A stretch of 64,000 bases of DNA, from the NCBI RefSeq assembly GCF_009914755.1, contig NC_060941.1; one strand, 5' to 3'. Source of the DNA: the human T2T-CHM13v2.0 reference genome, Homo sapiens. A model generated the notes under the pieces. It saw nothing but the letters and a program-made list of their open reading frames with translations, was not told the origin of the DNA and searched no databases. This document shows, one piece after another, positions 63,855 through 64,000 of the stretch (its first letter is position 1; every line of letters begins with the position of its first letter). The translations under genes were made by a program, and so were the position numbers.

Positions 63855-64000
63855 TACACACACACACAGCCCACAGACACCCAGACCGCACACACAGCTC
63901 AACACCACACACAGACAAACGCCCTCAATGCAGACATGCCCAGCCTTGCACACACAGGAAGTCCACACACAAACACCAGCACACTGCCTTGAACACGCAG
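63855..64000. repeat. CA-rich low-complexity tract
   Basis: Degenerate (CA)n. Confidence 0.7.

Overview
This is primate, very probably human, non-coding genomic DNA of the GC-rich, Alu-dense type. The species call rests on AluY/AluYc-type elements and a HERV-K(HML-2) LTR5_Hs solo LTR. By eye I count about 80 Alu copies or fragments, roughly a third of the window. Also present are old L1 (L1PB, L1MB, L1MC/MD), HAL1, L2 and MIR fragments, DNA-transposon relics (MER20, MER2, Tigger3a, MER5, MER91), several MaLR/ERVL LTRs, two LTR-int-LTR MaLR proviruses, an ERV9 LTR12 solo LTR and the LTR5_Hs solo LTR. I found no supportable protein-coding exon, RNA gene, CpG island or CRISPR array; the ORFs I could interpret are Alu, L1, MaLR or simple-repeat translations. 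I do not see a novel multi-gene biological system. The most interesting signals are: (i) a 93-bp segment copied between inverted Alus about 1 kb apart; (ii) an intact LTR5_Hs with a perfect 6-bp TSD; (iii) a perfect 74-bp tandem duplication in an old AluJ; (iv) a near-consensus AluYc1-like insertion; (v) an LTR12 with expanded repeats and an apparently eroded polyA signal; (vi) several nested insertions, deletions and an L1 inversion; (vii) one strong CTCF motif. Subfamily names come from recalled consensus sequences. Most boundaries are approximate (about 10-30 bp, more for ancient repeats) unless a TSD is given.
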